A DNA stretch of 64,000 nucleotides from Aeromonas sp. (GCA_051658125.1 JBOFMA010000139.1:4660-68659); one strand, 5' to 3'; numbered from the stretch's first letter, positions 51,830 through 61,651 are shown. Program-made: numbers and translations. Notes: a model not told the origin generated them from the letters alone.

Positions 51830-51922
51830 GGAGAGGTGGCCGAGAGGCTGAAGGCGCTCCCCTGCTAAGGGAGTATGCGGCTTATACCCGCATCGGGGGT
51901 TCGAATCCCCCCTTCTCCGCCA
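51830..51922 (+). tRNA. tRNA-Ser (GCT)
   Basis: GGAGAGG..GCCA, anticodon arm CTCCC-CTGCTAA-GGGAG, long variable arm. Confidence 0.98.
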
Positions 51923-51931
51923 TTTTCTTGG

Positions 51932-52008
51932 GCGCCCGTAGCTCAGCTGGATAGAGTACCTGGCTACGAACCAGGTGGTCAGAGGTTCGAATCCTCTCGG
52001 GCGCACCA
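51932..52008 (+). tRNA. tRNA-Arg (ACG)
   Basis: GCGCCCG..ACCA, anticodon arm CCTGG-CTACGAA-CCAGG. Confidence 0.98.
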
Positions 52009-52034
52009 TCAAGATGGCATACAACAATTTATGA

Positions 52035-52111
52035 GCGCCCGTAGCTCAGCTGGATAGAGTACCTGGCTACGAACCAGGTGGTCAGAGGTTCGAATCCTCT
52101 CGGGCGCACCA
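52035..52111 (+). tRNA. tRNA-Arg (ACG)
   Basis: Identical copy. Confidence 0.98.
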
Positions 52112-52165
52112 TATTTCAACTTTGTTGCTTATCGTTGATAGCGCGACAGGGTAACAATTTATTGA

Positions 52166-52242
52166 GCGCCCGTAGCTCAGCTGGATAGAGTACCTGGCTA
52201 CGAACCAGGTGGTCAGAGGTTCGAATCCTCTCGGGCGCACCA
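52166..52242 (+). tRNA. tRNA-Arg (ACG)
   Basis: Identical copy. Confidence 0.98.
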
Positions 52243-52245
52243 TTT

Positions 52246-52283
52246 AAAAAAGCTCGCAACTTAACCGTTGCGGGCTTTTTTTT
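52246..52283 (+). terminator. Terminator of the tRNA operon
   Basis: AGCTCGCAAC-TTAACC-GTTGCGGGCT followed by a long T tract. Confidence 0.88.
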
Positions 52284-52552
52284 CGTCTGCATTCGCACGC
52301 GTGCGCAAATTGTATTTGTTGCCATAGCTCTGTTTACTCCCCCTTAAAATCAGCCACCGGCGTGCCGTTACGCGATCAAAGCGTCAGTTTTCGAAAATTG
52401 TGATCGCGCGCTAATAATTAAACTATTCCAAAGTAATCCTCTATTGCTGCATAAATTATGCGAGCGAGGCCGCATTAACCTAGTGAGCAAGACGGCATGA
52501 TGCCTCATCGCCGCCGTGAGCGGAATTATCCGGTAAAGGAATAGAGGATCCG

Positions 52553-53464
52553 ATGAGCATTGACCTATCCCGTTTAATCACAGAAACGCGTAACCCAGCC
52601 AGTGTCGAAATTGACCAGCTCAGCACGCTGGAAATGTTGCGCATCATTAACCAAGAAGACCAACACGTTGCCGTTGCGGTGCAGGCGTTACTACCACAGA
52701 TTGCGCTCGCGGTGGATAAAATTGCCGATGCCTTTCGTTGTGGTGGACGCTTGGTATATATCGGTGCAGGAACCTCTGGGCGTTTGGGTATTTTAGATGC
52801 CAGTGAGTGCCCGCCGACTTACGGGGTGCCCGCATCACAAGTCGTCGGTTTAATTGCCGGTGGTCATAAAGCTATTTTGCAAGCGGTAGAAAACGCGGAA
52901 GATGATGCTGAACTCGGGGCGCAAGATTTGCACGCGCTGCAATTTAATGCCCGCGACGTATTAGTTGGTATTGCGGCCAGTGGCCGCACACCTTATGTGC
53001 TCGGCGCGATGGCTTACGCAAAAAGCCTTGGCGCTACGGTGTGCAGCATTAGTTGCAATCCAGGTAGCCCACTGGCACAAGCGGCAGATATCAGTATGGT
53101 CGCCGTCGTCGGGCCAGAAATTGTTACCGGTTCGTCACGCATGAAAGCGGGAACAGCGCAAAAACTCATTTTAAATATGCTCTCCACTGGCGCCATGATC
53201 CGCACAGGTAAGGTGTACGGCAACTTGATGGTCGATGTCGAAGCGACTAACGCTAAATTGATCGAAAGACAAAAGCGTATCGTGATGGAAGCCACCGAGT
53301 GCACGCGTGCGACTGCTGAAGCGGCGCTGGCCGCTGCAGATAACCACTGTAAAACCGCCATTGTGATGATCTTGTCGGCGCTAAGCGCTCTAGAGGCGCG
53401 CGCCTTATTGGCTAAGCGAGGCGGTTTTATTAGCCAATGTACCGCTGTGGGCACGGCTAAATAA
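52553..53464 (+). CDS. murQ: N-acetylmuramic acid 6-phosphate etherase
   Basis: [54 protein letters not shown] and NLMVDV motifs. Confidence 0.97.
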   Translation: MSIDLSRLITETRNPASVEIDQLSTLEMLRIINQEDQHVAVAVQALLPQIALAVDKIADAFRCGGRLVYIGAGTSGRLGILDASECPPTYGVPASQVVGLIAGGHKAILQAVENAEDDAELGAQDLHALQFNARDVLVGIAASGRTPYVLGAMAYAKSLGATVCSISCNPGSPLAQAADISMVAVVGPEIVTGSSRMKAGTAQKLILNMLSTGAMIRTGKVYGNLMVDVEATNAKLIERQKRIVMEATECTRATAEAALAAADNHCKTAIVMILSALSALEARALLAKRGGFISQCTAVGTAK

Positions 53465-53519
53465 ATAACGACATGGGCGAATCATCGCCCCCTTTCAAAG
53501 TGATGTGATTGGGTGCTGT

Positions 53520-54965
53520 ATGGCGAAAATAACGGATTTAATGATTGGGCAGATTATTACTGCCATCGGTGGGCAGCAGAATATTTTGCACTGCGGCCAT
53601 TGCATGACGCGTTTGCGCTTGAGTTTGGCCGATAGCTTGCACGCTGATCGCGACACCATCAAGCGTATTGCCGGTGTGTTGGGTGTGATTGAAAGTGATG
53701 ACCAGTTTCAAATTGTGCTTGGCCCTGGCAAAGCGCAAACTGCCTGTGAAATGCTCTCCGCCAGCTTGGACAGTGGTGATACTGCAAGCATCCCACACGA
53801 TAATCAGCGTTTAAAAGATGTCGCGAGCGCAAATAAGCAAGCCTTAAAAAGCAAGCAAACCAGTGTTGCGCATCGCTTCTTAGCTAAATTTGCCACTATT
53901 TTCACGCCGCTGATCCCCGGTTTTATCGCTGCGGGGTTGCTGCTTGGGATATCGACATTACTTGAACAAACTTTATTGCCCGCACATGGTGCGGAGAGTG
54001 CATTAGCCGCCATGATTGGCTATATGAAACTGTTCAGTAAGGGTTTGTTTAGTTTTCTGAGTATTCTAATTGGTTTTAATGCCCAAAAAGCCTTTGGTGG
54101 CTCCGGTGTTAATGGCGCGATTTTGGCCTCACTGTTTGTCATGGGCTATAACCCCGACGCTACTAGCGGCATATATTCTGGAATTAATGATTTTTTTGGT
54201 CAAACCATTGATCCGCGAGGCAATATTATCGGGGTGTTGATTGCTTGTATTATTGGCGCGAATGTTGAACGTCAAGTTCGTAAATTTGTGCCAGATAGTT
54301 TAGATATGATACTCACCTCTTGTATCACTTTGCTGATTATGGGGGCGGTTACATTTATCTTGATCATGCCCGTCGGCGTGCAGTTATATAATGCCATGTC
54401 ATGGCTGTTTATTAATTTGAACGGTAATCCGTTTGGCACAGCGATTCTGGCTGGACTATTTTTAATCTCGGTAATGTTTGGTATTCATCAAGGTTTTGTG
54501 CCGGTCTATTTTGCGCTAATGGATGCACAGGGTTTTAATTCACTGTTTCCTATCTTGGCGATGGCCGGCGCCGGCCAAGTCGGTGCGGCGTTAGCATTGT
54601 ATAGCCGTGCTGCGAAAGACTCGTTATTACGTAGTCAGGTTAAAGGCACAATTATTCCCGGTATCCTTGGTGTTGGCGAACCGTTGATTTACGGCGTTAC
54701 GTTACCGCGCGTTAAACCATTTATCACGGCTTGTATTGGTGGTGCTTTGGGGGGCTTTGTGGTTGGTCTGATCGCTTGGTTAGGCTTGCCGGTCGGTTTA
54801 AATACCGTATTTGGCCCCTCAGGTATTGTCGCCTTGCCATTAATGACCTCAGCACAAGGTATTTTCCCCGGCATGTTAGTTTATACCGCAGGCCTCGCGG
54901 TGGCTTATCTTGCCGGCTATATTGTGACGCTACTCTTTGGCTGTAAAGATGTTGATTTAAGCTAA
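53520..54965 (+). CDS. murP: PTS N-acetylmuramic acid transporter EIIBC
   Basis: [12 protein letters not shown] cysteine motif, FGIHQG and [13 protein letters not shown] motifs; follows murQ. Confidence 0.9.
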   Translation: MAKITDLMIGQIITAIGGQQNILHCGHCMTRLRLSLADSLHADRDTIKRIAGVLGVIESDDQFQIVLGPGKAQTACEMLSASLDSGDTASIPHDNQRLKDVASANKQALKSKQTSVAHRFLAKFATIFTPLIPGFIAAGLLLGISTLLEQTLLPAHGAESALAAMIGYMKLFSKGLFSFLSILIGFNAQKAFGGSGVNGAILASLFVMGYNPDATSGIYSGINDFFGQTIDPRGNIIGVLIACIIGANVERQVRKFVPDSLDMILTSCITLLIMGAVTFILIMPVGVQLYNAMSWLFINLNGNPFGTAILAGLFLISVMFGIHQGFVPVYFALMDAQGFNSLFPILAMAGAGQVGAALALYSRAAKDSLLRSQVKGTIIPGILGVGEPLIYGVTLPRVKPFITACIGGALGGFVVGLIAWLGLPVGLNTVFGPSGIVALPLMTSAQGIFPGMLVYTAGLAVAYLAGYIVTLLFGCKDVDLS

Positions 54966-55074
54966 TTTTTAAATAAATGGCGCAGTTGTATTTAGTATGG
55001 TTTTATATTTAATCTAGATTGAGATTAAGCATGACTTGCGCCATATATAACTATTCACCCAATATGAGATTGAT

Positions 55075-56949
55075 ATGAAAAACATCGCTATTTTTGCAAT
55101 GAGCCTCGTGAGCGCTTCTGTATATGCGGCACCGGTTAGTAACGACGTATTGAAAACTTGGTGGCATTCACCGGCAACCTCAGCGGTACAAATTGTTAAC
55201 AATATGTCATTGCGCGAACAAATTGGTCAAACCTTAATGCTTGATTTTCGCGCATGGGGTAAAAATGAAAAAGATGAGCCGCTAGCTCTCACCAAATTGA
55301 ATAAAGAGATCGCCGAGATAATTTATAACTATCGGCTTGGCTCGGTGATATTATTTCGTGAAAACTTGCTCAATACCACGCAGACAGTTGATTTAATTAA
55401 TGCTTTACAAGCTGCACGCAGCAATTTGCCACTGTTTGTGAGTGTTGACCAAGAGGGCGGTTATGTCACGCGCTTGCAAGAAGGCACTGAAATGCCGGGT
55501 AATATGGCCTTAGGGGCCACACGCAATCCAGCTTTAGCGGAATTATCGGGTATGGTACATGGCGCTGAGCTTGCTAGCTTGGGCTTTAATTTTAATTTCG
55601 GTCCAGTAGTTGATGTAAATAGTAATCAAAATAACCCAGTGATAGGTGTGCGTTCTTATTCTGACCGGCCTGAATTGGTCACCACAATGGCTAATAGCTA
55701 TGTAAAAGGCATCCATAAATATAATATTTTAACTTCAGCCAAGCATTTCCCTGGGCACGGTAACGTAGCCGTGGATTCGCATTTTGGTTTGCCATCGGTG
55801 CCTTACTCGGTGCAAGAGTGGCGCCGGATTGATTTACCGCCTTTTGCGCAAGCACTTAAATACGGTGCGGATTCCGTCATGACCGCGCATGTTTCTGTAC
55901 CTCAGTTAGATAACTCACAGTTGACGACGTTAAAAGGCGAAAAGATGACTACGCCAGCGACGTTATCAAAAAAAATCATCGATGGGGTGCTGCGTCAGCA
56001 GCTTAAATTTGATGGTTTGGTATTAACCGATGCGATGGATATGGGTGCAATTTCAAGCAATTTTGACATGAACTGGGCGGTAGAGACGGCATTAAAAGCA
56101 GGCGTAGATATTGCTTTAATGCCGATCCCGATATGGGATGCGGCGGCGGTTGGAAAATTAGATAAGCTGTATACCCATCTCATAAGCCAAGCAGATAAAG
56201 ATGAAGATTTGCGTGAGCGTATTAAGCAATCCGCGCAGCGTGTAGTGTTGGCTAAGTTAACTCACCGCATTGATGGCATGGCAAAAGATAGCGCAGTAGC
56301 TAAAACCATCGTCGCTTCTTTACAGCATAAAAAGCTCGAAGATATGGTATCGGAAAATGCGATAACTTTGATTAAGAATGATGCGGTATTGCCGTTTGTA
56401 TTAAAAGAAAATAGCAATATATTGGTTATTTCCGATGAGCAATCACGTAATGACCTGATAATTAAGCACATTAATGGCTTGGTGAATGAGACCGCGTTGA
56501 GCGCGATTAACCTGGACAGTGCTAAAGTCGCATTAATGGGCAACGATTTGTCTACAGACACCTTACAGGCAAAAATAGCGCAAAGTGATTTGATTGTGTT
56601 AGCGACATATAACTTAGGTAAAGACCCACTTAACGCGCAAAAGATTATTGATGCGGCAAATATGGCGCAGAAAAAATTAGTGGTGATTGCGACGCGCAAT
56701 CCTTATGATATTGCGCACTTGCGTAATGTTAACGCTAATTTGGCCATCTATGGTGTTACGGGATTTGACATCACAAATAACAATAGAAATAGCTTGGAAG
56801 CCAATATTAAGGCTGGCGTGAAAACACTATTTGCAGACCCGGTAACGCAGCAGCCATTTAATCGTCCGCTAGGGAAGTTACCTGTCAATATTAAATCAGC
56901 TGATGGTAGTAAAGTGTTGTATGCCATTGATCACGGTTTGACATTTTAA
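55075..56949 (+). CDS. nagZ: Secreted two-domain GH3 beta-N-acetylglucosaminidase (NagZ, Bacillus type)
   Basis: Sec signal MKNIAIFAMSLVSASVYA, VDQEGG.V.RL, RSYS, KHFPGHG..VDSH (His/Asp dyad), MTAH and LTDAMDM (nucleophile); C-terminal domain with TRNPYD. Confidence 0.88.
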   Translation: MKNIAIFAMSLVSASVYAAPVSNDVLKTWWHSPATSAVQIVNNMSLREQIGQTLMLDFRAWGKNEKDEPLALTKLNKEIAEIIYNYRLGSVILFRENLLNTTQTVDLINALQAARSNLPLFVSVDQEGGYVTRLQEGTEMPGNMALGATRNPALAELSGMVHGAELASLGFNFNFGPVVDVNSNQNNPVIGVRSYSDRPELVTTMANSYVKGIHKYNILTSAKHFPGHGNVAVDSHFGLPSVPYSVQEWRRIDLPPFAQALKYGADSVMTAHVSVPQLDNSQLTTLKGEKMTTPATLSKKIIDGVLRQQLKFDGLVLTDAMDMGAISSNFDMNWAVETALKAGVDIALMPIPIWDAAAVGKLDKLYTHLISQADKDEDLRERIKQSAQRVVLAKLTHRIDGMAKDSAVAKTIVASLQHKKLEDMVSENAITLIKNDAVLPFVLKENSNILVISDEQSRNDLIIKHINGLVNETALSAINLDSAKVALMGNDLSTDTLQAKIAQSDLIVLATYNLGKDPLNAQKIIDAANMAQKKLVVIATRNPYDIAHLRNVNANLAIYGVTGFDITNNNRNSLEANIKAGVKTLFADPVTQQPFNRPLGKLPVNIKSADGSKVLYAIDHGLTF

Positions 56950-57043
56950 GTTGCTTTAATCTAAAGCAAATACATTGGTCGCCAAGTTGTGGCTTGGTGG
57001 CTAATAAAATAGCTGACCAAATAAAATTAATCATGCAAAGGAA

Positions 57044-58171
57044 ATGAATATGCTTTGTTCATCTTTTACCCTGCCTACACAGGTAGCTTTTCGAGTATCG
57101 TTGCTAGCTAGCTTATTGGCCGCAGGTTATGCTCAGGCGGAAGAAAATAACGTACTTGCACCGACTGACCAAGGCAGTGATGTGCAACAGTTAGAGCAAG
57201 AGCTTTCTTCGGTAAAGCAAGAGCTTACGGCGCTAAAAAACAAGCCAAAATGGAATGTTGAGGCTTATCTTGGTACAGAGCAAGAAATTAACAGCGATGA
57301 TGATTGGAAATTTCAAAACGGTTCTTTGGCGACATCGCCTTATCTGGGCGCGTTCATTTATCAAGATGGATCGCCATGGATGTATGACGTTCAGTTTTTA
57401 AAAACATATATTGATCACAATAGTGAATACAACCGTAATCGCTTTAGTCTTGGCGTCACTCGAACGATGCCATTTAATATTGAAGGTAAATCTGGCAGCG
57501 TGAAAATGCGCGTGGGTTATCGTAATGATAGCTATCACTGGGGCTCGATTAATAAGGCGTCACTGGCCGCGCCAGATTATAAAGGTGACCTACGTAAAGG
57601 CGAAGAGCGCAATGAAATTTGGCTGCGTCCAGCGCTATCTTATAATTACAGCGCCAACCTAAATTTGATGGCAGCATTTTCATTCCGGATCATCGACCGG
57701 GAGTTAGATTATGCGCGTGCGCAAGGTGAGTATGGCGTGACTACGCGTGACTGGAGTACGATTGATGAGCATCTGCTCGGCGGCACCTATAAATTTAATG
57801 CCAGTAGCTCGTTATCGGCTTATTATTTGTATGTTAGAGAAAAATTAGTGCGCACCATGGATAATGAGGAGCATTTTGCTTGGGTTACCTATCGCCACAA
57901 GATCCCGAGTGGACAAACTATCGCTCCGTATGTGCGTTATGCATTAGCCGATAGTAAAACCTATTATTTTAATTCAGACAAAGATGAAATTAATTTAAAG
58001 CGCATGGATCGCACTCGGTTTGGATTGCAGTTAACGCAGCCAATTTCTCCGGCGACTTCGTTGATGTTTGATATTTATTATCGCCCAGAAACGGTTAAAG
58101 ACCGCAATGCGGCTACGACGACGGATAATAATTTCATCTTGTGGTACATGGAATTAAAGCATAAGTTTTAA
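57044..58171 (+). CDS. Outer-membrane beta-barrel porin (OmpG/KdgM-like) with an N-terminal coiled coil
   Basis: Signal peptide ending AGYAQA, alternating amphipathic strands rich in Y/R, terminal Phe (MELKHKF). Confidence 0.75.
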   Translation: MNMLCSSFTLPTQVAFRVSLLASLLAAGYAQAEENNVLAPTDQGSDVQQLEQELSSVKQELTALKNKPKWNVEAYLGTEQEINSDDDWKFQNGSLATSPYLGAFIYQDGSPWMYDVQFLKTYIDHNSEYNRNRFSLGVTRTMPFNIEGKSGSVKMRVGYRNDSYHWGSINKASLAAPDYKGDLRKGEERNEIWLRPALSYNYSANLNLMAAFSFRIIDRELDYARAQGEYGVTTRDWSTIDEHLLGGTYKFNASSSLSAYYLYVREKLVRTMDNEEHFAWVTYRHKIPSGQTIAPYVRYALADSKTYYFNSDKDEINLKRMDRTRFGLQLTQPISPATSLMFDIYYRPETVKDRNAATTTDNNFILWYMELKHKF

Positions 58172-58230
58172 TGTTTAATTAGTGTGCGGCGCTATGTGTG
58201 TCATACGCGCCGAGCAAGGAGTAATGAAAA

Positions 58231-59046
58231 GTGAAAAAAATCTTGTGGTCGATATTATTTGCCTGTTCGGCAAACGCCTACGCTGATTTGCCGGCGCTAT
58301 CGAGTGCGCAATTAAATGATATTGGTGAGCGTATTTATAAAAATGAGGCGGCAGGCAAGCGCGAAAATCTAATATTTTGGGGTGAGCATGAGGCCTTTCC
58401 TTCACTCGGAATTGCCCATTTTATTTGGTATCCGGCTGGGCAAACGGGGCCTTTTGAGGAGATGTTTCCTGCCCTAGTCGAGCGCTATAAGCAAAAAGGC
58501 ATGGCATTACCGAAATTATTGCAAACCCATGCCCATGCGCCTTGGCCAGATCGTGCGGCTTTTTTAGCGGCAAAGAACAGCCCTGAGGTTTTGGAGTTGC
58601 TGGCATTTTTAGATAGCACTCGTGCCGTGCAGGCTGAGGCGGTGTACGCCCGTTTAGAGGGCGTGTTAGGACGCTTAATTGCGGCTAGTGCTAAACCAGA
58701 GCAGGTAAAAACGCAGTTTAATCGAGTGGTACAAGATAAAAATGGTGCTTATGCCTTGATTGATTACATCAATTTTAAAGGCGAGGGGGTTAAGGCCAGT
58801 GAGCGCTTTAATGGTAAAGGTTGGGGCTTATTGCAAGTGCTAGAAAATATGCATGGCACCGCGCAAGATGCTACGGTCATGCGTGAATTTGCCGGTAGTG
58901 TGATCGTGGTATTGGCACAGCGCTCGTTAAATGCCGCGCAAGACTCCCGTTTTCAGGCCGATCCTCACGCCAAGCAGCGCGTCGAAACCGGCTATATGCC
59001 GGGCTTTTCCCGCCGCGCTCTGACGTATATGGGCATTGGCTTGTGA
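58231..59046 (+). CDS. Uncharacterised secreted protein, putative lysozyme/chitosanase-like fold
   Basis: Signal peptide MKKILWSILFACSANAYA; IYKNE(39)..W.EHE..SLGIAHFIWYP, LIDYINFKGEG and GWGLLQVL motifs. Confidence 0.7.
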   Translation: MKKILWSILFACSANAYADLPALSSAQLNDIGERIYKNEAAGKRENLIFWGEHEAFPSLGIAHFIWYPAGQTGPFEEMFPALVERYKQKGMALPKLLQTHAHAPWPDRAAFLAAKNSPEVLELLAFLDSTRAVQAEAVYARLEGVLGRLIAASAKPEQVKTQFNRVVQDKNGAYALIDYINFKGEGVKASERFNGKGWGLLQVLENMHGTAQDATVMREFAGSVIVVLAQRSLNAAQDSRFQADPHAKQRVETGYMPGFSRRALTYMGIGL

Positions 59047-60428
59047 GGCGCGCTCGCGCAGTAACGCTGGCCAGTGCTTGGCTAGCGGCGCTAAGTTGTG
59101 CTCCGGCATTGGCACAAACGCTCAATGCACCGCTAGCCGCGGCGCCGATACAGCTGGGTGTGGATCGTAGTGATGTTTATGGCCCATTGCTGAAAGGTAA
59201 ACGGGTGGGCTTGATGGTGAATCAAAGCTCGCGCGATAGCCATGGCGTACATACCATCGATAAATTGCTCAGTGAGCAACAACGCTATGGCTTTACCGTG
59301 ACCAAGCTGTTTTCTGTCGAGCATGGTTTACGTGGCAAAGCCGAAGCGGGTTATGGTGACAAGGCGAATTATCGCGACCCTAAATCGGGTTTACCGGTAG
59401 TGAGCCTGTATGGTAACGATGCTAATGGTCAATCGCGCGCACAGCCGCGTCCTGAGCAGTTAGATGATGTCGATGTCATCGTATTTGACTTACAAGATGT
59501 GGGTGTGCGCTTTTTTACTTACACCATCTCGATGCATCGGATGCTGGAGAGCGCGCAGGCGGCGGGTAAGGCGTTTATGGTTTTTGATCGCCCCAACCCC
59601 AATGGTGGGCAGGTGTATGGCCCGCTTCTTACGGAGGGCTTTGTCTCTGGCATTGGTATTCATCCGTTGCCGATGGTGCACGATCTAACCACTGCTGAGT
59701 TTGCTGCCATGATCAATGGCGAGTTATGGCTAAATGGCCTTCAGCATGCAGACAATCAGTGGCAGCAGTTTGGGCAGGTGCAATACCAATTGCCGGCAGC
59801 GGATTTGCAGTTGATCCCAATGCAAGGTTATCAGCGTGGACAACGTTATGTCTTGCCGGTACCTCCGTCACCCAATTTAGCTAATGAACTTGCTGTGCGT
59901 TTGTATCCATCGCTGGGCTTATTTGAAGCCACCAGCGTGAACATGGGGCGTGGTTCGGACTATCCGCATCAGCAAGTGGGTTTTCCTGATCCGAAGATGC
60001 AAGTTAACGTGCGTTATTCGGTGGACGCCAAACAAACGGACTATGGCTGGCCACAAGGTGGCAAGACGGTCTATGGGCAGAGTTATCGGCCGGAATTAGG
60101 CGGTGCGGCACCGGCTACGTTGCAAGCGTCGATTACGCCGTTTGTGACGTGGTGGTTTAAGTTAACGCAAGCCGGTTACCAAGGTGCGCTGGATGCTGCG
60201 CGTGAGCCTGACTATTTGCAGTACGCACAAACGCACTATGTGATCCGGCCACAATGGTTAGGCAAGGTGGTGGGCGATGATTCGCTGCTTCAGGCGTTGA
60301 CGCAAGTTGATGTCACACAAGCAACGGTGGCGCACACCGTTGCGGCCATCGAACAAAGTTGGCAGCCGGCGCTGCAGAAATATTTGCAACAACGGCAACC
60401 CTATCTGCTCTATCCACCGGCGAAATAG
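59043..60428 (+). CDS. namZ: Exo-beta-N-acetylmuramidase NamZ family (DUF1343, GH171)
   Basis: Signal peptide, VGLMVNQSS, FSVEHGLRG, SLYG, FDLQDVGVRFFTY, DRPNP, H.LT.AE, PSPNL and EAT..N.GRG motifs; GTGA overlap with the upstream gene. Confidence 0.88.
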   Translation: MRRARAVTLASAWLAALSCAPALAQTLNAPLAAAPIQLGVDRSDVYGPLLKGKRVGLMVNQSSRDSHGVHTIDKLLSEQQRYGFTVTKLFSVEHGLRGKAEAGYGDKANYRDPKSGLPVVSLYGNDANGQSRAQPRPEQLDDVDVIVFDLQDVGVRFFTYTISMHRMLESAQAAGKAFMVFDRPNPNGGQVYGPLLTEGFVSGIGIHPLPMVHDLTTAEFAAMINGELWLNGLQHADNQWQQFGQVQYQLPAADLQLIPMQGYQRGQRYVLPVPPSPNLANELAVRLYPSLGLFEATSVNMGRGSDYPHQQVGFPDPKMQVNVRYSVDAKQTDYGWPQGGKTVYGQSYRPELGGAAPATLQASITPFVTWWFKLTQAGYQGALDAAREPDYLQYAQTHYVIRPQWLGKVVGDDSLLQALTQVDVTQATVAHTVAAIEQSWQPALQKYLQQRQPYLLYPPAK

Positions 60429-60469
60429 CGCGGGGCTTGGCGGCGACAAACATGGATCTTGGCTTTTTT

Positions 60470-60496
60470 ACCGCTCAGCGCTTGAGCGGTTTTTTT
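60470..60496 (+). terminator. Terminator closing the murQ-namZ cluster
   Basis: ACCGCTCA-GCGCT-TGAGCGGT followed by a T tract. Confidence 0.8.
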
Positions 60497-60584
60497 ATGT
60501 CGCGCGGTTATTTCTTTGGCTAGTCACTGATCGCGGGCGTGGTTTTCGGTATTATCGAGGCTCATTTGCCAAAGGTGGGTATGT

Positions 60585-61220
60585 GTGGGTATTCGCGCGC
60601 AACAAAAAGAGAAAACGCGCCGCTGCGTGATTGATGCGGCCTTTAATCAGCTCAGTAGTGATCGTAGCTTTTCGAATTTGAGCTTGCGTGAGGTCGCGCG
60701 CGAGGCGGGCATTGCGCCAACCTCGTTTTATCGCCATTTTCGCGATATGGAAGAGTTGGGCTTAACGTTGGTCGATGAAGGTGGCTTAACCCTGCGCCAA
60801 CTGATGCGCCAAGCGCGCCAGCGGATTGCCGGCGGGGGCAGCATTGTGCGCACCTCGGTGCAAACCTTTATGGAATTTGTCGAAAACAATCCCAATGTGT
60901 TTAGATTGTTACTGCGCGAGCGCTCGGGCACCTCACCGGCGTTTCGCCAAGCGGTGGCGCGCGAAATCCAGCACTTCACCGCTGAGCTGACCGATTATTT
61001 AGAAGCCAACACCGAGGCTGAGCGTGATGAGGCCTATGCCCAAGCGCAAGCGATGGTGACGATTGTGTTTAGCGCCGGCGCAGATGCGCTGGATATGAGT
61101 GTGCCAGAGCGCCATGTGCTGAGCGAGCGCACAGTGCAGCAGTTGCGCATGTTAGCGTTGGGGGCTGCCAGCCAAATGCAGCTGCGTCGCCACCACGCCG
61201 CGAGTCAAAAAAAGGAGTAA
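60585..61220 (+). CDS. fabR: TetR-family regulator FabR
   Basis: [34 protein letters not shown] and LLLRERSG motifs. Confidence 0.96.
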   Translation: MGIRAQQKEKTRRCVIDAAFNQLSSDRSFSNLSLREVAREAGIAPTSFYRHFRDMEELGLTLVDEGGLTLRQLMRQARQRIAGGGSIVRTSVQTFMEFVENNPNVFRLLLRERSGTSPAFRQAVAREIQHFTAELTDYLEANTEAERDEAYAQAQAMVTIVFSAGADALDMSVPERHVLSERTVQQLRMLALGAASQMQLRRHHAASQKKE

Positions 61221-61223
61221 ATC

Positions 61224-61634
61224 ATGCAGGAATCTCATGTTAATGCAGCGGCTAGCGCGCTGCCTCAAAAGCCGTTGTGGCTGGCGCTGGTGACGGGTCT
61301 GTGCCTAGATGCCAGTTGGGCGACGCTATTTAGTGCACCGGTGGACTTTTCCATCTTCCCTCTGCTGGCGCTGGGCTTTGCCGCGCAGCAGTTATATCAG
61401 TTCTATATGCAGGCGCAGATCGGCGAGTCGCTGGGCCGCGGCTTGTGGGTGTGCACGCTGATTGGTTTTTTCGGCCACAGCGCGTTTGTTAAAGTGCTGC
61501 ATCCGGAACTGGGCAGTAACTTTTTCTCGCTGCTGATGGTGCTCGGCTTGTTGGGCTACTTTTCGTTTAAGTTAAGCCAAGCCAGTAAGGCGCCGCCAGC
61601 CACCACTGCACCTGCCGCCGAAGGCTCTGCGTAA
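61224..61634 (+). CDS. yijD: YijD (DUF1422) membrane protein
   Basis: Four hydrophobic segments, FSIFPL and HPELGSNFF motifs; follows fabR. Confidence 0.88.
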   Translation: MQESHVNAAASALPQKPLWLALVTGLCLDASWATLFSAPVDFSIFPLLALGFAAQQLYQFYMQAQIGESLGRGLWVCTLIGFFGHSAFVKVLHPELGSNFFSLLMVLGLLGYFSFKLSQASKAPPATTAPAAEGSA

Positions 61635-61651
61635 GCGGCTCGCGCCAAAAT

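Noticed and set aside
51932-52242. Three identical 77-bp repeats
   Set aside because: They are tRNA-Arg(ACG) genes in the conserved csrA-serV-argV-type operon.
52395-52461. CRP half-site (AATTGTGATC) and palindrome GCATAAATTATGC upstream of murQ
   Set aside because: The right CRP half-site is poor and the palindrome matches no operator I can name; plausible but unsupported without a PWM scan.
59043-59075. Twin-arginine (Tat) signal on NamZ (MRRARA)
   Set aside because: It lacks the S/T-R-R-x-F-L-K consensus, so the export route cannot be assigned.
60430-60585. Search for an attR copy of the tRNA-Arg 3' end closing the mur island
   Set aside because: No GGGCGCACCA or similar repeat was found, so no mobile element is called.
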